Source: an uncultured Opitutales bacterium
Lineage (GTDB): Bacteria > Verrucomicrobiota > Verrucomicrobiia > Opitutales > Intestinicryptomonadaceae
Assembly (NCBI GenBank): GCA_934613415.1
Contig: CAKTSY010000002.1
Coordinates: 300,001-332,000 of the forward strand
Direction: 5' to 3'
DNA length: 32,000 nucleotides
The translations under genes were made by a program, and so were the position numbers. The stretch's first letter is position 1, and every line of letters begins with the position of its first letter. Under the pieces are notes generated by a model. It did not search any database, had not been told where the DNA came from, and saw only the letters and a list, made by a program, of their open reading frames with translations. Of this stretch, positions 27,334-32,000 are shown one piece after another.

Positions 27334-27620
27334 CTTTAAAAAGGAACGCAATCCGAAAGGGTTGCGTTTTTTTGTGGCGGAAGATGGGGAGGCACGAAGG
27401 GGATTTTTGCGAAGCAAAAACACGGGGTGCAAGCGCAGCGCAGTCCAATTCAGCACGAAGTCCATCCCGCCACTTTAAAAAGGAACGCAATCCGAAAAGG
27501 TTGCGTTTTTTTGTGGCGGAAGATGGGGAGGCACGAAGGGGATTTTTGCGAAGCAAAAACACGGAGTGCAAGCGCAGCGCAGTCCAATTCGGCACAAAGA
27601 CCATCCCGCCACTTTAAAAG
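27322..27620 (+). repeat. 139-bp tandem direct repeat (two full units plus a 21-nt third copy), each starting with the tRNA-Asp 3' end
   Basis: TCCATCCCGCCACTTTAAAA occurs at 27322 and 27461, and as ACCATCCCGCCACTTTAAAA at 27600. Units 27322-27460 and 27461-27599 differ at 4 positions by hand alignment. Confidence 0.95.
27345..27373 (+). terminator. Intrinsic terminator immediately after tRNA-Asp (repeated at 27484-27512 in the second tandem unit)
   Basis: AACGCAATCC, a GAAA tetraloop and GGGTTGCGTT form a 10-bp stem with one G-T pair, followed by T7. The second copy has one substitution in the loop/stem junction. Confidence 0.8.
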
Positions 27621-27650
27621 CCGCAAGTTCAAACACTTGCGGCTTTTTTT
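27616..27650 (+). terminator. Strong intrinsic terminator after the third tRNA-3'-end copy (probable ancestral tRNA-Asp terminator)
   Basis: AAAAGCCGCAAGT (27616-27628) pairs with ACTTGCGGCTTTT (27635-27647) around the loop TCAAAC and is followed by a T-run. Confidence 0.8.
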
Positions 27651-28129
27651 GGGTCAACACCAAAGAGAGTGGATGTTAATGAAAGACGCCGCATAAAACC
27701 AAGACCCTCAATCTGTAATTTTCAAAGTTTTTATAACCGTAAGCCATTCGTTGTATCAGTTTCATTTTCCTATGGAAGCCCTCGGTTATTCCGTTGTTTT
27801 TCGTAAATCTCCACATTCGGATTATCGGCGCAAACCACTCGCTTATTGTCTCTGCTAGCCTTTCAAACTCTTGCGTCGCTTCGTATTTCATCTCTTTCAT
27901 CATTCCTTTTAGTTCTCTTATATTCCTCATACATTCCCTTGCCGTTTGATGTTTCCTGTTCAACAACTCACATAGCCTTTCCTTAAACTCGTATGCCAGC
28001 TTTATCGCGGGGTTGTCTTCAAAAAACTTTTCCAATCGCTCTCGTTCTTGAGATTTCAACCTATCTCCTCGCTTTCGCAATGGGTAGGTTATTTTTCTGT
28101 TCCATTTTACTTCTTCCTGCACTTGTTTG

Positions 28130-28211
28130 CAATTCAAGCGAAGCGCGAATGAGCTTTTGCCGTAGGCAAAAGACCCGAAGGGCGAGACGGTTTGCGTATG
28201 CAAACGCGAGT
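28130..28211 (-). mobile_element. 82-bp hairpin-rich insertion in the ISL3 transposase (short, minus-oriented member of the repeat family)
   Basis: Deleting 28130-28211 joins ...HFMEF to CKQVQEEVKW... in frame (ATG GAA TTT TG|C AAA CAA). 82 = 3n+1, which explains the frameshift between ORF fragments. It contains the hairpins GTTTGC-GTAT-GCAAAC, CCC-GAA-GGG and CTTTTGCC-GTA-GGCAAAAG. The flanks end in ..TTG / ..TTG. Confidence 0.7.
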
Positions 28212-28477
28212 CAAAATTCCATAAAATGGTATAACACCAATCTTATAACATGGAACCTGTCCGCCACTATCTTCGCTTTCGGAAAACACCACCTTACTAT
28301 GCTTCGGTAGCTACTGCTTAAATCCATACACACTACTTTTACTTTGTCCCTGCCCTTATAGCTCATCAACTTGCTTCCCACTAAGTTGCGCGATTTCCCC
28401 TCTATCACATCGTATACCCTGTGATGTGTTAAATCCGCTATCGTTGTTGCAAACTTATAGCCTTTGTGTATCGTGTG

Positions 28478-28670
28478 TTGCACTCGCTCGCTTGGTTTTG
28501 CTTCGCAAAATCCGCGCCGTTTTGAACTCGCATTTGTTTCTCAAATGTCTCGGCACTCGCTTCGCTCGGCTCTTCGCCTACGGCAAATCTTCCCATGTAA
28601 ACGTGGTCGCCCTTCGGGTAAAACACTTCGTGTTTTATGCTTCCCAAAAGCTTACTTTGCAACTTTTGTG
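28478..28670 (+). mobile_element. 193-bp MITE-like insertion in the ISL3 transposase (copy B of the repeat family)
   Basis: Deleting 28478-28670 restores GAT GAT CAC ACG ATA CAC AAA GGC (GIDD-H-TIHKG) in frame. The junction is ambiguous by a 3-4 nt direct repeat (TGT/GTG). Imperfect terminal inverted repeats are GTTGCA-N7-GCTTGG (28477-28495) and CCAAAAGC-N6-TGCAAC (28644-28663). An internal perfect hairpin TTTTGC-TTC-GCAAAA lies at 28496-28510. Confidence 0.75.
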
Positions 28671-28804
28671 ATCATCAATCCCAATGATTGACGGACATTC
28701 ATAGTTTAGGTGTTCTTTATAAATTGTATAACAATATTTTGAAAGAACTTGCAAAAAAATTAAATCTGAGTTCTGGTGAACTTGTTGAAAATATTGCTTT
28801 TTAA

Positions 28805-28836
28805 GTAAAAACAACACGACCCCGCAATTTTGCGGG
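28805..28836 (-). terminator. Candidate terminator downstream of the 114-aa island gene
   Basis: On the minus strand, CCCGCAAAATTGCGGG (6-7 bp stem) is followed by the T-rich GTCGTGTTGTTTTTAC. It lies 14 nt after the stop at 28850. Confidence 0.4.
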
Positions 28837-28849
28837 ATCTTGTTGTACA

Positions 28850-29194
28850 TTACATATCAATGGCATTTGGGTTTGTTGCATTTCGTGTGGCTAATCCCAT
28901 TGCAAGCATTAGTGCCATCCAAAATGAATCGTAAGCTCCATATGTGGCTAATTGTGTTCTAACCATTTTAGTCGTGATTCCTTTGCATCCATAAAAGTGC
29001 AAGTAGGTGTCGTAAATAGGGTTGAATGGAAGTGTGATTAAACTTCCTTCCCCATTTTTCCTCCGGTACCTAAAGCCGTTTTTAGAGTTAAGCCCTTCTC
29101 CTGTTATTGTTGCCGTGTCTTTTAGGCTTGGAAAAGTCGTATTGGCGACTGCGTTAAGTACAGTTAAGAATTGAGTTTTGTTTAGTGGCGGCAT
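28850..29194 (-). CDS. Hypothetical protein (orphan, low-GC island)
   Basis: 114-aa ORF with an ATG start at 29192-29194 and a TAA stop. It has a hydrophobic C-terminal segment (FWMALMLAMGLA). I recognise no family. Confidence 0.45.
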   Translation of the reverse strand: MPPLNKTQFLTVLNAVANTTFPSLKDTATITGEGLNSKNGFRYRRKNGEGSLITLPFNPIYDTYLHFYGCKGITTKMVRTQLATYGAYDSFWMALMLAMGLATRNATNPNAIDM

Positions 29195-29242
29195 GTTTAT
29201 ATATATTTGATTATTTGGTATATGTTTAGTGCAATATCTATA

Positions 29243-29380
29243 TTAATCAAAAAGATCTTTTATATCTTGAGGTGTTATGTTTCCTTCTAGTTGATATCCT
29301 CGTGCTTTGACTATTAATTCATCTATGTCTTCGCCATATTTTTCTTTATAAAATGGTTCATACTTTTTTGTTTTTTTCAT
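29243..29380 (-). CDS. Candidate 45-aa small ORF overlapping the 3' end of the ankyrin gene
   Basis: Translated by hand: MKKTKKYEPFYKEKYGEDIDELIVKARGYQLEGNITPQDIKDLFD. It is below the size cut-off of the ORF track. ATG at 29378-29380 and TAA at 29243-29245. It overlaps the ankyrin CDS by 23 nt in another frame. Confidence 0.3.
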   Translation of the reverse strand: MKKTKKYEPFYKEKYGEDIDELIVKARGYQLEGNITPQDIKDLFD

Positions 29381-30281
29381 CCTGCCATGCGAGTTCACCC
29401 ATTCTATTATAGAGACTTATGAGAAAATCTATATTTCCATTTTGCTTTCTTATAGATTCAAAAAGGTCGGCGGCAATCTTCAAATTTCCGGAATACATCG
29501 CTATTGAATAGGGTGAATAGACATAATGGTAAATATGGTTGTATCTGCCGAGTAAGTATAAAATATACTGGGGGTTTTCCCCAACGTAAAGATGAGGAAC
29601 TTTTATCTTCCAACCACCGATGCTGTTGCCCCAGCCTCCTTTGGCGTTAAAATGAGATTCTTTCAAATTGAATTTCATTGATGGTAGGTTTGATACAATT
29701 CCCGCAATACAACATTTGGTGGCGTTTGAAATGCTGGCATAAGAATTGTATAATTGAAACATTCCCCATTTTTTGATGTCTTCGTCGGTATTAAGCTTAA
29801 AATACAAATCTTCATTCAGCATTAAATAGTCGAATGGCGACCAATTAAAGATGTCGCGATATGAATTTAGGTCGTGTAGTGTTTCGTGTAGTGTTATCTT
29901 ATTTAACGTGTTGAAGACTTCTTTATTTCCTCCGAAAATGGCATAGTAAAGTGCATTCCAGTTAAACGGAGCAGAAATTGCGGCAATATATGCGAATTGT
30001 TCTTCCTTTTTTACTGCTTTAATCAACAAATCAACCGCGTTTTTGTTCCCGAGAAAAGCTGCGTACATTAACGGGGTTCTGCTTTCCGAATCGCGTCTAT
30101 AAATTATAGACGGGTCTTTGGTTAAAGACTGCTTTAATGAATCGCAGTCTTCATCGTCAATATATTTAAATATTGTATCGTTTATAGATTCTTTTGTTGA
30201 AATTGAGTCGAACCAATCTCTTATGAATTTAACATTCGGAATGAATTTGTTTTCGGCAAAGTATCTTTTTGTAGTTTTCAT
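29358..30281 (-). CDS. Ankyrin-repeat protein with an uncharacterised C-terminal half
   Basis: ANK consensus segments are RTPLMYAAFLGNKNAVDLLIK and WNALYYAIFGGNKEVFNTL. 307 aa. The DNA is very AT-rich. ATG start at 30279-30281. Confidence 0.7.
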   Translation of the reverse strand: MKTTKRYFAENKFIPNVKFIRDWFDSISTKESINDTIFKYIDDEDCDSLKQSLTKDPSIIYRRDSESRTPLMYAAFLGNKNAVDLLIKAVKKEEQFAYIAAISAPFNWNALYYAIFGGNKEVFNTLNKITLHETLHDLNSYRDIFNWSPFDYLMLNEDLYFKLNTDEDIKKWGMFQLYNSYASISNATKCCIAGIVSNLPSMKFNLKESHFNAKGGWGNSIGGWKIKVPHLYVGENPQYILYLLGRYNHIYHYVYSPYSIAMYSGNLKIAADLFESIRKQNGNIDFLISLYNRMGELAWQDEKNKKV

Positions 30282-30356
30282 ATTATCTATTCTATTGTCC
30301 TTTTCCTAAGATTGTTTTTATACAGGCGCTTTTGTTGGAACAGTAGCCTGCAAAGG

Positions 30357-30542
30357 TTATATCGCCAATGCAGCAAGAAAATCCATCTTAAGCCACCCAA
30401 CATATGCTATTCCCGCAAATTTGTTCAGGCTGTTGTATTTTAATACAAGTTCGGGGGTGTTTCTCAATGCTTCTATCAAATCTGGCCCCGACTTAGGGGA
30501 AAATCCGATTGGAAAGTTGGGGCTATTGTCTGTGTCGTTCAT
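30357..30542 (-). CDS. Hypothetical small protein (61 aa)
   Basis: ATG start at 30540-30542, 24 nt after the upstream gene's stop, in the same orientation as the neighbouring island genes. I recognise no family. Confidence 0.4.
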   Translation of the reverse strand: MNDTDNSPNFPIGFSPKSGPDLIEALRNTPELVLKYNSLNKFAGIAYVGWLKMDFLAALAI

Positions 30543-30566
30543 ATATCAGACCTTATATGCTAACGG

Positions 30567-31049
30567 TTATTGTGTTTTGTGCTTTTTTGTTTTAAAAGTC
30601 AAATTTAATTTCTCGCATAAACTGCCGAATGAAATTGCTCTCAACAAAGACAGCTTTTCTTCCGTGATGGAAAATTCATCAGTGGACGGAATTACGGCGT
30701 CCATTTCGCAGAACGGGCACGTAGCCGTTTGTTCTCTTTGCGATTCCATGTAGTATTCAACTTTGTTTGGCGAAAAAATGCGTCCGCAATGGTAGCAGCC
30801 GCAAAGTTTCGACTTTGAAAGAGCCTCTTTGTTGTTGAGGGAAAGCCGGAAAATCTTGTCGAAATCTACGTCGTCATAGATTGAATCGAGCACTCTCTGT
30901 GGCATGGGAATTGTGTTTTTTAGGAGGAATTTAAGGGCTTCCGAGTTTCGGATTTTTGCAATGTTTTCCAACACTTCCTGTTTCAATTCGGTCGATTCTT
31001 TTTCAATGAAGGTCAAAATTTCGGGGTTTCGTATTACAAATTCGGGCAA
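30567..31049 (-). CDS. Hypothetical protein with a C-terminal four-cysteine (CxCxxC...CxxC) zinc-ribbon-like domain; start uncertain
   Basis: CGCYHCGRIF-(22 aa)-CPFCEMDAVIP lies in the C-terminal ~110 aa. The upstream helical segment STELKQEVLENIAKIRNSEALKFLLKN looks HEAT-like. Candidate starts are TTG 31047-31049 (used here), TTG 31014-31016, ATG 30903-30905 and the track's TTG at 31187. Confidence 0.5.
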   Translation of the reverse strand: MPEFVIRNPEILTFIEKESTELKQEVLENIAKIRNSEALKFLLKNTIPMPQRVLDSIYDDVDFDKIFRLSLNNKEALSKSKLCGCYHCGRIFSPNKVEYYMESQREQTATCPFCEMDAVIPSTDEFSITEEKLSLLRAISFGSLCEKLNLTFKTKKHKTQ

Positions 31050-31299
31050 GGTTATAGTAATTAAAGACGACAAGGCAACCCAAGAGCTTTTGCAGTACGA
31101 GGCGGAAATGTCGGGCAAGAAAATCGGCATGGCTAAAATCACTCTGACGGGGTCTATTTCCGAAGACAGGGAAATCAACTCCGACAAGAGGGAAGTTACC
31201 TATACATTCACTCTAGAACTTAATATGAACGGAACTTCGCGGTGGATTGGGCAAGAGCAAATCTCCAAACAGTCGGATAGAAGTTCGTTCGGGTTTTAA
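31006..31299 (+). CDS. Hypothetical protein (97 aa), translationally coupled to the downstream lipoprotein
   Basis: MKVKISGFRITNSGKVIVIKDDKATQELL...TYTFTLELNMNGTSRWIGQEQ has ordinary soluble-protein composition. The stop TAA overlaps the next ATG (TAATG). An alternative ATG at 31108 is preceded by GAGG. It overlaps the opposite-strand ORF. Confidence 0.45.
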   Translation: MKVKISGFRITNSGKVIVIKDDKATQELLQYEAEMSGKKIGMAKITLTGSISEDREINSDKREVTYTFTLELNMNGTSRWIGQEQISKQSDRSSFGF

Positions 31300-31523
31300 T
31301 GAAATATTTTATATTTGCATTGTTGCCCGCAGTTGCGGTTTTGCTGACTTCGTGCGAAAGCACGGGATTTAGTTGGGACGCTTTTTCGGAGTTTTTTACT
31401 CCCGGAGTAAGCGCCGAAACGCAGGTGCGTACTTGGGATGGCGAGCAAAAACCTCACGAAAAAACCGTTACAAGCGAACCCGCGTTTTTATACGATGCGC
31501 AGGCCAAAAAAGTTCAGCAATAG
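31299..31523 (+). CDS. Small lipoprotein (74 aa)
   Basis: The signal peptide has a lipobox: MKYFIFALLPAVAVLLTS-C (L-T-S-C). A strong terminator follows. Confidence 0.6.
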   Translation: MKYFIFALLPAVAVLLTSCESTGFSWDAFSEFFTPGVSAETQVRTWDGEQKPHEKTVTSEPAFLYDAQAKKVQQ

Positions 31524-31547
31524 GCGGCAAAAAAAAATAAAACGATA

Positions 31548-31581
31548 AGTTCCGTATTTCGCAATACGGAACTATTTTTTT
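31548..31581. terminator. Bidirectional intrinsic terminator
   Basis: AGTTCCGTATT (31548-31558) pairs perfectly with AATACGGAACT (31563-31573) around a TCGC loop, with an A-run before and a T-run after. It sits between convergent genes. Confidence 0.85.
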
Positions 31582-31614
31582 GCGCCCAGTTTCGCTCCAG
31601 ATTTTTTGTTGAAG

Positions 31615-32000
31615 CTATTTTCTTTTGCCGATTGCAGCTGTAGCCATAAAGCCCGTTAGCAGGATTACGCAGGTGCCGACGGCGGGGATTGTGAATTTGT
31701 GCATGGGTATGCTTATGGGCAAAATTGTGCCGTCGCAAAACGTAAGCAACGCTATGGAAACTATGCCAACTGCCACCGCAAAAATTGCAATTTTTGGCGA
31801 AACTTTGGACGAAAATGTCATTAAAAACAGTCCCAACATTCCGCCGCTAAATATACCCGAAAGTGTCCACCAAACGTCTAATGCGTTTGCAGGTTTTGCA
31901 TATGCCAAAAGCAGCGCTATAAGCGTGCCCAACGCGCCTATTATTATGGTTGAAATCTTTAAAACCGCCATTTGGTTGATGGGTTTTTTGCAAAATCTTT
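31615..32000 (-). CDS. Sodium:solute symporter (SSF) family protein, C-terminal part (5' end outside window)
   Basis: The frame stays open to base 32000. The C-terminal TM helices carry WWTLSGIFSGGMLGLFLMTF, which resembles the conserved SSF block W..l.gi..GG..G.F..G. Confidence 0.5.
   Translation of the reverse strand, partial: RFCKKPINQMAVLKISTIIIGALGTLIALLLAYAKPANALDVWWTLSGIFSGGMLGLFLMTFSSKVSPKIAIFAVAVGIVSIALLTFCDGTILPISIPMHKFTIPAVGTCVILLTGFMATAAIGKRK

Larger units (their letters stand above)
27676..28720 (-). pseudogene. ISL3-family transposase pseudogene: 5'-truncated, split into four ORF fragments by two small insertions
   Basis: The fragments read IIGIDDH | TIHKGYKFATTIADLTHHRVYDVIEGKS...VVCMDLSSSY...ADRFHVIRL | ...FTKNNGITEGFHRKMKLIQRMAYGYKNFENYRLRVL. 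These are the GIDE, DRFH and TNxxxEGxNxKIKxIxRxxYGxxNFxNxRxR signatures of ISL3 transposases. No zinc-finger or HTH N-terminal region is present. The 5' boundary (~28720) is approximate. Confidence 0.8.

Noticed and set aside
27322-27620. CRISPR array as an explanation for the regularly spaced repeats
   Set aside because: The whole 139-bp unit is repeated almost identically, so there are no variable spacers. There are only two full units, the repeat core is the tRNA 3' end, and no cas genes are present.
27621-27675. Terminal inverted repeat of the ISL3 element next to the transposase stop
   Set aside because: I could not find a matching inverted copy of GGGTCAACACCAAAGAGAGTGGATG near the other end (28700-28850). 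This is consistent with 5' truncation, so no IR pair can be claimed.
27206-27696. Several 80-120-aa ORFs on both strands crossing the tRNA and tandem repeats
   Set aside because: They run through a tRNA gene and terminator hairpins. The 139-bp period is not a multiple of 3, so the repeated DNA is read in different frames in successive units.
28438-28850. ORFs 28438-28662 (74 aa) and 28635-28850 (71 aa) as separate genes
   Set aside because: The first is mostly the translated 193-bp insertion. The second is the last residues of the truncated transposase N-side (…IIGIDDH) fused to non-coding DNA that includes the upstream gene's terminator hairpin.

Overview
This window is mostly a housekeeping stretch from a Gram-negative bacterium, judged by the LptF/LptG permease; sampled core lines are mid-range in GC. 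No database search was possible, so all product calls rest on motifs read from the supplied translations.

Genes recognised, in order:
- xseA (3' part), then a minus-strand operon of a fused ABC transporter, an acidic hypothetical and a PhoD-like phosphatase
- two translationally coupled secreted proteins followed by ruvC
- a sugar nucleotidyltransferase, tandem crcB, glmS and a HAD hydrolase
- a scpB-pheA-DUF167 operon, ilvD, miaB and an LptF/G permease
- mdh, ppdK, an MFS transporter, and a beta-helix protein plus GH2 glycosidase pair

The unusual part is the last ~5 kb:
- A tRNA-Asp(GTC) gene has its 3' end present three times at an exact 139-bp period, giving two full tandem units that each carry their own terminator.
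- Next comes a 5'-truncated ISL3-family transposase pseudogene. It is cleanly interrupted by two small hairpin-rich insertions (193 bp and 82 bp, in opposite orientations) that belong to one repeat family.
- A diverged third copy of that repeat lies upstream of the tRNA, and a module of it sits inside each 139-bp unit.
- Beyond the IS remnant is a markedly AT-rich block of orphan genes: an ankyrin-repeat protein, a CxCxxC...CxxC protein, several small ORFs and a small lipoprotein.

I found no CRISPR array, rRNA, riboswitch or recognisable defence or toxin enzyme. The tRNA-linked repeat nest and the orphan island are the only candidates for something new, and their function is unknown from sequence alone.
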